From an uncultured virus (IMG/VR IMGVR_UViG_2061766007_002390) (taxonomy: Duplodnaviria > Heunggongvirae > Uroviricota > Caudoviricetes), in the IMG/VR virus record IMGVR_UViG_2061766007_002390: DNA of 46,296 nucleotides. One strand, written 5' to 3'. Made by a program: the position numbers and the translations under genes. This document shows, one piece after another, positions 19,810 through 30,858 of the stretch. Within the stretch, counting starts at the first letter, position 1, and every line of letters starts with the position of its first letter. The notes under the pieces were generated by a model. The model was not told the DNA's origin, ran no database searches, and worked only from the letters and a program-made list of their open reading frames with translations.

Positions 19810-22605
19810 TTACCACAATCCAGCCTCTGTTGTCATAGAAATGTCAATTGCAGGATAACCCATTGCCTCAACAATTCTGTTCACAGGACTCAATACAAGA
19901 AGGTCAAACATCTTATTCTTGTCAATCTCCAAATTTACAGTCATATCCATTGGGTACATACCGGCAGGATAACTGAATGCTTCACATTTTGCAAGACTCA
20001 TAACATCTGTATATACATCTCCAAATCTTGTTGATTGTTTCTTATCACTCAACAGTTTGTACTGGTCAGGATTCTTCATATAGTCATTGACTGACACCTG
20101 GTTTTCTTTCTTCCAGTACTTGTACCTTTCAGTAGGTTTCACATAAAGAACACAGAGTTTATCTGCATCAAACAGGGTTGAATATCTCTTCTTGAACTTC
20201 TCATTATTATTAAGAATATAATTATAAAGTGCTGCTCCCTGAACAGTTACCATACTTTTTTGATTTAGTTCAATAGAATCAGTATCACTCAATACATATT
20301 CACTGTATTTGTTCATAGCCTTGTTGACACTGATGGTTTCGGGACTCTGTAACATGAATGCCTTCTTCACACCAGAGAGTTTCTTCACAAAACTGTCAAG
20401 AACAAATTCCTCCTGCTGGAATATCCACTTAACCAGGTCAGTAAGCTGGTCCTTAACCCACTGTGATGAACTGGTCTGTGCAATCTCAACACCAGTTGCC
20501 TTAATCTTGGCACAAGAATCATAATAAACATTAGGTTCTGCCCATGTCATATTCTTGATGTACTTCTTCTTTGCCAACCAGATACATGCCTCATTGTATG
20601 CTTCAAGCTCAAAGTCAAGGAGTGCAGGAGTACCATTCTTGTTTGCATAGTCCTCATGTATCTTCTTCAGATAGTTGGACATAAACACTCTGTTGATTGT
20701 CAAACAGAACTCTCTACCTGACGGTTCAATAGTGTCAATGTGCCAGTCATACTTGTTTGTGTCAATTGAATCAACATCAAAGTATTTCTTTGCATCATCC
20801 TCTGACGGATAACCACCTGTTGACACATACATAAACTCCTTCTGGTCATTCTGTTTGTTTATCTTGGTAAGTCTCCATACATCATGCTCAAACCAGTCTG
20901 TAACATTGATGATGTCCTCATAGCAGGTATAGATTGAGTCAGTGTCAATATACCTGGTGATAGGTTTGATATCCTTGTTTGGATCCTTGATGACAATACC
21001 CATAGCAAGGTGTGTTTTGGTATCCTTCTGCCAAATCTTGTTTGCCCAGAGGTTGATAAGTCTCTCTGCATTAAGGATGGCATTCTTACCCTGCTTTGTA
21101 ACTGCCTCTGCAATCGTAGGATTATAGAAGTAGAATCCAGAGAATCCGAATGCACCATAGATACCGTTGATGACCACCTTTGTACCAAGNNNNNNNNNNT
21201 GTAGGATTGTAGAAGTAGAAACCGGAGAATCCGAATGCACCATAGATACCGTTGATGACCACCTTTGTACCAAGCTGGAAGTTGTTATAGATGTCTGCCT
21301 GTACCTGGCAGTATGCCATAATCTCATCAACCTCACTTGCCTTTCTGCCGGCAAAGTCATTCTTATTCAGATAATCCTCTATCTCCTCTGCTGATGCATT
21401 GTCATGTTTGAGGTCTTTGAGATCATAATAAATCTGTGTAAACTTGAAGGATGTCTTCTTATATGCCTTTCTCTTGAAGTAAAGGTCTGTGATAATCTTC
21501 TTGAGGTGACCATCCTCCTTCTGGAAGACAGCACCTGATGCACACACAATATAACCCTTATCTCTCCACTGTTGTTTGAGTACCTCATCATTTTCAGGAA
21601 GAAGTGTAACAAGTGTTTCAGGACCNNNNNNNNNNAACCTTCTTGATTTTACACAACTTTTCTCCAATTGTGTCCAACCTGTAATTCTCATTGGAATTCC
21701 ATGTCCATTTCTTATATGCCTTGAGATAGTCAATGATACCAACATGTGCAGGTCTGTCAACCGGACCTGTAAGTATTCTGGCAGGGGAAGCAAGTGATGG
21801 ATCAATACCCAACATCTTTGCTCTATTATAAAGGTATCTCCAGTCATAATCCTCAAAGTTCCATCCTGTCATCATTGCCATCTTTGGAATGAATGATGAG
21901 AAGAAGAAATACAGCAAATCATATTCAGTGGCAAAATACTTGAACACAAACCTGAAGTGTCTGTTCACCTGCTTAAAGTGTTCATCAATTCTCTCCTGAA
22001 TATTACTCTGTTCTTTTTCTGTAAGNNNNNNNNNNGATGAATGATGAGAAGAAGAAATACAGCAAATCATATTCAGTAGCAAAATACTTGAACACAAACC
22101 TGAAGTGTCTGTTCACCTGCTTGAAGTGTTCATCAATTCTCTCCTGAATATTACTCTGTTCTTTTTCTGTAAGATTATGACCTCCGGACAGTACCATCAC
22201 AGTGTCATTAGGACAACATACACCTATGACCGTAACTGGTTTGTCCGGTTTTTCAGGATTGGGTTTACCCTCCTGCAACTCATTTTCAATATCAATAAAG
22301 AATAAATCTGGGAGACTGTAAGAGAAGATTCTCTCTTTCAACTCTTCAGGCTGTGCATCCAGGATTTCATACTGCCTGTACCTGTTGAGTTTTTCCTTCT
22401 GCGGATCCACCCTGTGTTTGTAAACTGGTCTTCCATTCCAGTTATGGGTGTTCTTAACCTTTAAATCGACCTTGTCTTTCTGACTGGTAAGCCACACATA
22501 TTGTTCCTCTTCCGGAATCTTGATGATTTCAACATGTGTCTTTCCGTCACCTCCCCAGTATGATACCTGGAGATTTGAACCATCTTGAATAATATCTAAC
22601 AACAT
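19810..22605 (-). CDS. Family B DNA polymerase (T4 gp43-like), fragmented by gaps
   Basis: ExoI FIDIE, ExoII GWNFEDYD, motif B KVVINGIYG, motif C YIDTDS, AKKKY, KATGVE. Start MLLDIIQ at 22605. Confidence 0.92.
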
Positions 22606-22721
22606 AATAAAAAGTTTTAATATCCAGTTTAGAAGCTGGATTTCATTCACAAAAAATATAACAAAAAAAGTTTTGGAGAAAATTGTTATTTTTATGGTAT
22701 AAAAAATGAACTCTAACTAAA

Positions 22722-24252
22722 ATGATCAATAAAAATGATGATGTAGATTTTGATGATTATCCAATTGATGATGAAGAAGACATCGCGGTAGATAAAAGAG
22801 ACTTCCTTGATGAGAATGGAGTAAACATCTTCACAAAGAAATCCGGTGAGAAGACAGTGGAGGAGAGAATCAAAACATCCAGGACACTGAAGATCAAGAA
22901 CAACAAGTGGAACCAGGTTGATTACACAGATGAATACCCTACTGAAAAAATCACAATTGACCCCCAAAGTTGTCAATACACCTCTTCATATGAGGATGTT
23001 GAATTTGAAAAGGCATTCCACAAAATAATTGAGGACTCCAAATACAAGGAACTCCTCCTTGGTGAAGACAATGTNNNNNNNNNNNNNNNNNNNNNNNNNN
23101 NNNNNNNNNNNNNNNNNNNNNNNNNNNNNNNNNNNNNNNNNNNNNNNNNNNNNNNNNNNNNNNNNNNNNNNNNNNNNNNNNNNNNNNNNNNNNNNNNNNN
23201 NNNNNNNNNNNNNNNNNNNNNNNNNNNNNNNNNNNNNNNNNNNNNNNNNNNNNNNNNNNNNNNNNNNNNNNNNNNNNNNNNNNNNNNNNNNNNNNNNNNN
23301 NNNNNNNNNNNNNNNNNNNNNNNNNNNNNNNNNNNNNNNNNNNNNNNNTGTGTATTATAATGCCATTGACTGTTGCCTGGTAAAACTTATCCATGAGGCA
23401 TGTAATGCTTTGACCTGTGGTCTGACAACTGCTTGGTTGGGTAGGATTAAGGCAATGGATTGTTTCTCAACTACATATATTCCGGAGAATCTGTTGAGAT
23501 CTTCATTCCATAATGATGGAAAGGTACTGGGTATCGACCCATTCAAGAAAAAGACAGAAGGTGAGAAATATGAAGGTGCGTTTGTAAAGCAGCCTATTCC
23601 TGGTCTTTGGAGATATTGTACCTGTAATGACTATGCATCACTGTATCCTACATTGATGAGACAGTTCAACATAGGTCCTGAAACACTTGTTACACTTCTT
23701 CCTGAAAATGATGAGGTACTCAANNNNNNNNNNCGGTATCATTGACTATCTCAAGGCATATAAGAAATGGACATGGAACTCCAATGAGAATTACAGGTTG
23801 GACACAATCGGAGAAAAGTTGTGTAAAATCAAGAAGGTACAGCATGCTGAATCATTGGATGACATGCTTCATAATAACTTTGAGAAGTANNNNNNNNNNG
23901 CAACAGTGGAGAGACAAGGGTTATATTGTGTGTGCATCAGGTGCTGTCTTCCAGAAGGAAGATGGTCACCTCAAGAAGATCATCACAGACCTTTACTTCA
24001 AGAGAAAGGCATATAAGAAGACATCCTTCAANNNNNNNNNNGAATGACATTATCATCTACTGTTATCCCAAAATGAAACAGGATTATACAATGGCACAAC
24101 TCTTTGTACTTGTATGTGAATATTGCGGTATAGGTCTTCAGGCAATGTGGAAAAGATTGAGTACTTATCTCCAGATACAGATTCTGGAAGACCTGAAAGA
24201 GGTGAGCAAGTTACCGAATGAGATTCTTAATAATAATGTAAAACTATTTTAA
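22722..24252 (+). CDS. Hypothetical protein (5' part 22722-23074, probable 3' part 24042-24252); possibly gp33-like late-transcription coactivator
   Basis: C-terminal LVCEYCGIGLQAMWKRLSTYLQIQILEDL is reminiscent of gp33 helices and ends in VKLF. The join across the gap is inferred. Confidence 0.35.
23349..24031 (+). other. Mis-oriented contig pieces of the DNA polymerase gene
   Basis: Encode ExoIII YNAID and motif A NDYASLYP, and overlap 21450-21740 in reverse complement. Confidence 0.85.
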
Positions 24253-24255
24253 ATT

Positions 24256-24489
24256 ATGACAAACGACGTAGAAGTTAATTATTTTGAGGTTACAGTAAAA
24301 CTTCAGAAGGAGACTGATAAGACTGACAGGGCAGGAAATCCCAAGATTAAGAAATGGAATGAGAAGTGGTTGGTACATGCAAAGACCACAGAAGAGGCCA
24401 ACAGGATTATCAAGGAAGAGTATGATGGTTCTATGGAAGAGTGGAGAATAGCAAATGTAAAGGAGACACAAATCATAGGTGTTAAATAA
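24256..24489 (+). CDS. DUF4494-like small protein
   Basis: YFEVTVKL...KIKKWNEKWLVHAKTTEEANRIIKEE...WRIANVKET matches the pattern of this Bacteroidota family. Confidence 0.6.
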   Translation: MTNDVEVNYFEVTVKLQKETDKTDRAGNPKIKKWNEKWLVHAKTTEEANRIIKEEYDGSMEEWRIANVKETQIIGVK

Positions 24490-24621
24490 ATTGTTGTTGT
24501 TTTTGTTTGTTTTTTGAAGGTGAGGTTGTTTCAACCCCACCTTTTTTTCATAAATACCTTNNNNNNNNNNAACCCAAATCATAGGTGTTAAATAAATTGT
24601 TATTGTTTTTGTTTGTTTTTG

Positions 24622-24661
24622 AAGGTGAGGTTGTTTCAACCCCACCTTTTTTTCATAAATA
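24622..24661 (+). terminator. Intrinsic terminator whose T-tract abuts a late promoter (CATAAATA 24654-24661); duplicate at 24517-24556
   Basis: AAGGTGAGGTTG-ttt-CAACCCCACCTTTTTTT-CATAAATA. Confidence 0.75.
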
Positions 24662-24689
24662 CCTTATATTATGTACATATATAGACAGT

Positions 24690-25172
24690 ATGAACAATAT
24701 AAAGAATTTCACAGAATTTCTCCTTGAAGTAAAATCTGATAAGGATATTGTAAAGGACTTGGCAAGACACCTTTCATTTGATAAGGATATTATCAAATAT
24801 CTTAACACATCCAGGTCCAAACGTGAGATAGGTTGGAGAGAGATGTTGGATACCAAACTTCATGGTAAGAATAAGTTCTACATCAACTATATCACAAAGA
24901 ATATGGTTGCTGACTACAACCCACAGATTACAGGTTATATCCACATCAATGATGATCCCGATGAGGAAGACTTTGATGAGAAGGAACATGATGAAAGAGG
25001 ATTTGCAGATATGAGTCCAGAGGAACAGATTACAGACCTCAATGACAGAGTTACTGATGTTGAAGGACTTCTCGGTATTGACCCAGATGATGACAAGAGT
25101 CTTGACAGAGTTGAGAAAGCACTTGATAAAGCAGGTTATGAAAGACCTGATATTGAAGAAGAGGAAGAATAA
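24690..25172 (+). CDS. Hypothetical late protein, probable internal head protein
   Basis: N-terminus MNNIKNFTEFLLE (capsid-targeting-like); acidic C-terminus DIEEEEE. Confidence 0.7.
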   Translation: MNNIKNFTEFLLEVKSDKDIVKDLARHLSFDKDIIKYLNTSRSKREIGWREMLDTKLHGKNKFYINYITKNMVADYNPQITGYIHINDDPDEEDFDEKEHDERGFADMSPEEQITDLNDRVTDVEGLLGIDPDDDKSLDRVEKALDKAGYERPDIEEEEE

Positions 25173-26451
25173 TGAGTGACTACAACGAGAAATACAATAA
25201 GGATGATGTTTACATCAGAAGTATGATAGTATGTCTTCTTGCTGAGATGAACAAGAAGATGTACATCTATAACCGTCTTGATGATGGAAAACCACAGAAG
25301 GTGAACATTCCTTGTCTATATTCAATCACAGGTCAGGAAAGATTCCTNNNNNNNNNNAATGAACAAGAAGATGTACATCTATAACCGTCTTGATGATGGA
25401 AAACCACAAAAGGTGAACATTCCTTGTCTATATTCAATCACAGGTCAGGAAAGATTCCTCAAGGATGAGTTCTATTATGATGCTCTTGAACAAGGTAAGG
25501 CATTTGGTGACTATGAACATGTCCCAAGATGTATGGTAAACCTTTCATCATTTGGTGTCAATACAGCAGAACAGACTAACAAATATAACAGGACAAAGAT
25601 TGTAAGGGAGGTTCATGGTGATTTAAGGACACTTTATCTTAATGTTGAATGGGTACCAGTGACTCTTTCATTTGACTGTAAGGTCATCTGTTCAAACAAC
25701 ATTGAACTCTTCAANNNNNNNNNNCGGTGACTATGAACATGTCCCAAGATGTATGGTAAACCTTTCGTCATTCGGTGTCAATACAGCAGAACAGACCAAC
25801 AAATACAACAGAACAAAGATTGTCAGGGAAGTCCATAATGATTTGAGAACTCTCTATCTAAATGTGGAATGGGTACCTGTCACACTTTCATTTGACTGTA
25901 AGGTCATCTGTTCAAACAACATTGAACTCTTCAAGGTGACTGAAATGATTGTATCAAAAATCTTCAAGAACCCTAACTTCTTCAAGGTTGATTTCGGTAT
26001 GTTCAATGTGGATGCCTGTCTTTCAGTTCCAGCAGATTACAACCATGAACTCCCACAGGAATTCGGACTCAATGACAAGAAGGAATTCTCCACATCATTC
26101 AGTGTGGAGATGAAGTGTTTCATCCCGGCATTTGAACATGGTCTTCTCCTTCCAGAGATTGATGAACTCCTGGATGAGTTCTATGAATCACACAAGAGTA
26201 AAGATGAGAAGAATCCATACAAGAATGTTCCAAAGGGTATCCTTGAATACAGACCTGATGAATTCGGTACATTCGGATTGAGGGCAGGAGGTGTTATGGA
26301 AGAGATTGTGGAAGCAGTCTATGCACATCATGTGGAAGCACCAACACTCAAATCAAACACACATCAGGTACCAATGAAAGTAAAATCATTAGATGATTTG
26401 AATAAAAAGGATTTGAATGAGGATTTGATCCAACGTAAGATTGTCAAATAA
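25172..26451 (+). CDS. Tail sheath stabilizer/terminator (T4 gp15-like), three overlapping fragments
   Basis: YIRSMIV..., VNIPCLYS..QERF, VPRCMV, WVPVTLSFDCKVIC..IELFKVTEMI pattern. Confidence 0.68.
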
Positions 26452-26490
26452 CCATAAATATAGAGTATTATAATCTTAATTTAAAGAAGA

Positions 26491-28182
26491 ATGGTAAGTT
26501 TACAAAACATACTTAACTCAGAAGGTCAGGAATTTTTGGATAATCTTCTTAACAAGGAGGTTGTGGTAAATGAGAAACTCAATGCTGCAACACTCTCATT
26601 CCAGAAGAAGGTCACATCAGAAACAGACCTCAACAGAAAGTTGACCTTCTATAAGGGTTCAGGTGTCAATAAGAGAGAAATCACAGTCGCTGATAGGGTT
26701 ATGACCAACTTCTATTCAAGTGGCATGACTTATTTGAGTAACCTGAGTAAAATTATAATAGACAAGATCCCAAACAACTGGACTTTTGTCTGTAAGTATT
26801 TTCCTAACCACCAGCCAAGTTTCATCAATTATTCAGTTCTTCCAAAGAACAACTTGGTCCTTTCTTGTATAATTACATCAGGTGGTACAAAGATTGAGGA
26901 TGTTGAAGACCTGAGGTCCTGGGCCGAGATGTTTGATATCGCTTACCAGGAACCGGTATTCAGAGGATATCTCTCACAATATCAGAAAGAGAGATTGAAT
27001 GACTATCTCAAGAGTGGATCCACCAAGGATTCATTTGCAAGATTCATAATCACATTGTTGAATCCCAACCTTACACATTCATTATATCAGAATGATGGTT
27101 TTGATTCACCTATTGACGGTTTCATTTTCAAGTTCATATCAGATGACGGAATAACCAAACCTGTATCTGCCAAACTCATTGACCCTTATATGACAAATAT
27201 CATTCTGAAGAATAAGTCAAACAAGGGATTCAAAGACAATACAGATGTTCTGTTGTCTGATTTTGCTGTCTTTATGACAGGCCAGGATATGGATTCCATT
27301 CTCCTTAAGGGTGATGATGAGAACAACAGATATCTTGAACTCTTCTATAGATTATTCAACAGGTACATCAAATATAAGAAATCACAATTGGAAGACTTTG
27401 ATGTCGACACCAATGACATTGTAAAAGAATCAATCAATGTTGATTTTGATGTTGACCTGGATGCAATAACCAATGAGACAACAAAGAAACTTCTGAAGGA
27501 AAACCCTGAATACAAGTCAATCTTCAAGACACTTCTGGGTTCATTCAAGACAAAGAAACCTGAAGATTACAAGTCACTTGTTATGTCTCCGGGTATCGTA
27601 AGAATCTTCAATGAGATCATTGACAAGATAAATGACAAAATCAAGACCCAGGATCAGAGTACCAATCTCTCATTTACATCCTATCTTAATTCCATTCATC
27701 ACAAGACAATCAATGACCTTGACATAAACAATGCCCCGGAGGATGTTCAGGCAGCTAACCTGAAGACAAACAAGGAAGAGAAACCAAGTATTACCGCACT
27801 TTCATTCGCAGACTTCAAGAAAAAGGATGAAAAAGAAAAGGATGACAAGGAGGAAAAGAAACAAATCAAGTCCATTGAGGATATGATTAAGGATCTCCAG
27901 AAGGATGTTAAATCCCTCAAGGGTGACATCAGTGATGTTGAAAAGACTGTTGAGGATTCATCTGAAAAGAAGGAAGATGAGAGTGAAAAGAAAGAACCTG
28001 AAAAGAAGGAGGAGGATAAGAAAGAGGAAAAACCAGAAAAGAAGGATGACACTCCAAAGGACACTGGTGAATCTGAAGAAGAGGAAAAGAATGAGGAATC
28101 ATCAGATGACAATGAAGATGAGGATAAAGACAAGAAGGATAAGGAAGAGAAAACAAATGACAATCCTCTTGCCCAACTTTAA
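26491..28182 (+). CDS. RNA-ligase-like nucleotidyltransferase-fold protein with an acidic/charged tail
   Basis: VNEKLNA (motif I-like), EPVFRG, IDGFIFK (motif IV-like), AKLID (motif V-like); late promoter at 26453-26460. Confidence 0.45.
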   Translation: MVSLQNILNSEGQEFLDNLLNKEVVVNEKLNAATLSFQKKVTSETDLNRKLTFYKGSGVNKREITVADRVMTNFYSSGMTYLSNLSKIIIDKIPNNWTFVCKYFPNHQPSFINYSVLPKNNLVLSCIITSGGTKIEDVEDLRSWAEMFDIAYQEPVFRGYLSQYQKERLNDYLKSGSTKDSFARFIITLLNPNLTHSLYQNDGFDSPIDGFIFKFISDDGITKPVSAKLIDPYMTNIILKNKSNKGFKDNTDVLLSDFAVFMTGQDMDSILLKGDDENNRYLELFYRLFNRYIKYKKSQLEDFDVDTNDIVKESINVDFDVDLDAITNETTKKLLKENPEYKSIFKTLLGSFKTKKPEDYKSLVMSPGIVRIFNEIIDKINDKIKTQDQSTNLSFTSYLNSIHHKTINDLDINNAPEDVQAANLKTNKEEKPSITALSFADFKKKDEKEKDDKEEKKQIKSIEDMIKDLQKDVKSLKGDISDVEKTVEDSSEKKEDESEKKEPEKKEEDKKEEKPEKKDDTPKDTGESEEEEKNEESSDDNEDEDKDKKDKEEKTNDNPLAQL

Positions 28183-28218
28183 TTTTGCATAAATAATAAT
28201 ATAATAGATATCTGAATT

Positions 28219-29763
28219 ATGGATAATTTGAATACAAACTTAATCAACTTGATTGCTTCTTTCAAAAAGACAGGTCAGTCTGATGAGGTCATCAAGCAGT
28301 CAATGTGGCAGTTGGGTATGATTCCAGAGGTTGTGGAAGCACACCTTGATTATTATAACAAACATACTGCTCAGATTAACAAAGACATAAACATAGTAAA
28401 AGAAACTAAAGATATGAAACTAACACTTGAAAAATTGCACACTCAGTCTGAAAAGACTATTGCAGCACTTGAAGAAATGAAGTCTGACAACAGNNNNNNN
28501 NNNNNNNNNNNNNNNNNNNNNNNNNNNNNNNNNNNNNNNNNNNNNNNNNNNNNNNNNNNNNNNNNNNNNNNNNNNNNNNNNNNNNNNNNNNNNNNNNNNN
28601 NNNNNNNNNNNNNNNNNNNNNNNNNNNNNNNNNNNNNNNNNNNNNNNNNNNNNNNNNNNNNNNNNNNNNNNNNNNNNNNNNNNNNNNNNNNNNNNNNNNN
28701 NNNNNNNNNNNNNNNNNNNNNNNNNNNNNNNNNNNNNNNNNNNNNNNNNNNNNNNNNNNNNNNNNNNNNNNNNNNNNNNNNNNNNNCATATCACCACTCA
28801 TCATTGATGAGAACAAGAAGGTATTCTTCCTCAATGGTAAGAACTACATCTTCGATGGTCAGACTCTTGAAGAAGCAACTGTTACCGACAGAAAGTACAA
28901 CAATGTACTTGAAGGTCTTTCAATCCTGAAATATGAGGCAGACAAGGACAGACTTGTTTATTATGGTAAGAACAATATGGTTCTCGAATATAGTTGTCAG
29001 GATGACAAGATTTCTCTCACAGGTGTTGAGGGTGTAAATGATATGTCAATCATTGACCTCAATGAGACATTGAAGAGATGCGGTATCTTTGACAGAGAGA
29101 CTATAGGTAACTGTGAGAAACTTGTCAAGTTCTTTGAATCAAAGGACATCCTTGTTGAACTTGATTCACCTATCACCACTGTTCAGAGTGATAAGTTTGC
29201 CGGTGTATTTGTAACTGTTATCAATGTACAGGAGGGTGTATATGTAAATAAGGTAAATGCTGCTCTTGGTATCAATGAAATGACTTATTACAAGACTGCA
29301 AAGGAGGCTTGTGATGCAATCAGAGACTTTATGAAGTATGATGCAACTGCAATCCTNNNNNNNNNNAATCCAGAGTGACAAGTTTGCTGGTGTATTCGTA
29401 ACTGTTATCAATGTACAGGAGGGTGTATATGTAAATAAGGTAAACGCTGCTCTTGGTATCAATGAGATGACTCATTACAAGACTGCAAAGGAAGCTTGTG
29501 ATGCAATCAGAGACTTTATGAAGTATGATGCAACTGCAATCCTTTCAGAGAAACTCCAGGCAGAAGGAATCCAGAATGCTGTCATTGAAGCAAAGAGAAA
29601 TGAAATCAATGAAACCCTTTCATTCCTTTCAGAGAAGAGAGCACAGCTTATTGCCGGTCTCCAGGAAACCAACAACAACCAGCAGGTAAAGGAAGCACTT
29701 GAACTTGTTGAGGGTGAAATCAGAAAGTTTGAGAAGGAACTTCAGGAAACATACGAAGAGTAA
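28219..29763 (+). CDS. Large hypothetical late (head/prohead core-like) protein; middle part present as inverted pieces at 37464-39393
   Basis: Late promoter 28188-28195; overlapping fragments can be joined; coiled-coil C-terminus ending ETYEE. Confidence 0.6.
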
Positions 29764-29769
29764 TTGGTT

Positions 29770-30045
29770 ATGGAAAGGGTCAAGAGTTTCAATGAGTTCA
29801 TCAATGAAACCTACCTTGAAAAACCTGCTGATGCAGACCTTCTGAAACACAACAAGAAAAAGATGCAGAAGAATGGTTATGCTGAAGTGACAGTGATTGA
29901 AACTGTAGATGGATTAAAGAAAGGTGACAAGGTTTTGGTTTCAGCTACCGAATTCGGTCAGTTAGGAGAAGAGTCATTTGTTACCTGTTACAAGGATGAT
30001 GAAGAATACTTCATCCAGAAAAAGAACCTACAGGCAAATCCATAA
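29770..30045 (+). CDS. Small probable internal head protein
   Basis: MERVKSFNEFINE capsid-targeting-like N-terminus. Confidence 0.7.
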   Translation: MERVKSFNEFINETYLEKPADADLLKHNKKKMQKNGYAEVTVIETVDGLKKGDKVLVSATEFGQLGEESFVTCYKDDEEYFIQKKNLQANP

Positions 30046-30048
30046 TAT

Positions 30049-30080
30049 GAAAAATGTGGGAAACACCCACATTTTTCTTT
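30049..30080 (+). terminator. Intrinsic terminator followed by the early motif TTGTTATATTTA (30081-30092)
   Basis: GAAAAATGTGGG-aaaca-CCCACATTTTTC. Confidence 0.75.
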
Positions 30081-30120
30081 TTGTTATATTTATTATATAC
30101 AATATATCCATTATATTGAA

Positions 30121-30792
30121 ATGGCCAAAAAGAAAAACTATTTAAGTAATGTAGAATTAAGGGATGAAATTCTTAAATGTATAACAGATGGATATGAGAA
30201 GGCCATATCATATGGATTTGATCCGACACTTCCACCTTATGGGTCAGACAGTTCAGAATCTGAACTGGATATACCTGTTGATGACAAGACAATAAAAATC
30301 GGTTATCTTTTTGAAAGTGAAGATGAAGAGGTGATAGAGAAGTATAAACTTGCTATCAGTAATGGTTATATGCCTGAAAGGTCATACTGGATAAGGGAGG
30401 TAAAGGAATATGACAAGGCAGAATCTGAAGGTGAGGTTAAATCTGATGATAATCTCAAGTATCAAATGGCAAAACCTGTAGTCAGTGACAAACTTGCATA
30501 TATGTTCCAACTCATTGTAGAGAATATTGCAAAGAGTTTCTACTGGGCAAATCCTGATGATGGTGAGGATTGTAAGGCCAATGCAATCCTGGATCTGTGT
30601 TCCAATTTCTGGAAGTATGAACCTGTTGATGTGAATGGAAGACCATATAGTGCCTTTGCATTTTGCTCACAGATTGCATATTTCGGTATTGCCGGAGCCC
30701 ACAGAATACTTCACCCGAAGAAGTACAATGGAACAATATCCATTTCCTGTTTGGATGAAAACGGAAAACCATTTGAATTATACAATCTCTAA
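30121..30792 (+). CDS. Late-transcription sigma factor (T4 gp55-like)
   Basis: KKNYLSNVELRDEI N-terminus, LAYMFQLIVENIAKSF, NFWKYEP, SAFAFCSQIAY. Confidence 0.8.
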   Translation: MAKKKNYLSNVELRDEILKCITDGYEKAISYGFDPTLPPYGSDSSESELDIPVDDKTIKIGYLFESEDEEVIEKYKLAISNGYMPERSYWIREVKEYDKAESEGEVKSDDNLKYQMAKPVVSDKLAYMFQLIVENIAKSFYWANPDDGEDCKANAILDLCSNFWKYEPVDVNGRPYSAFAFCSQIAYFGIAGAHRILHPKKYNGTISISCLDENGKPFELYNL

Positions 30793-30797
30793 TCTAC

Positions 30798-30835
30798 AAA
30801 GGAGTGACCGAAAGTCACTCCTTTTTTCATAAATA
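30798..30835 (+). terminator. Terminator abutting a late promoter (30828-30835)
   Basis: AAAGGAGTGAC-cgaaa-GTCACTCCTTTTTT-CATAAATA. Confidence 0.8.
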
Positions 30836-30858
30836 CCTTATAATAGTATATATACCTT

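Noticed and set aside
19810..24031. Split, inverted or intron/intein-containing polymerase
   Set aside because: All breaks coincide with N gaps and overlapping duplicates; no intein or homing endonuclease motifs.
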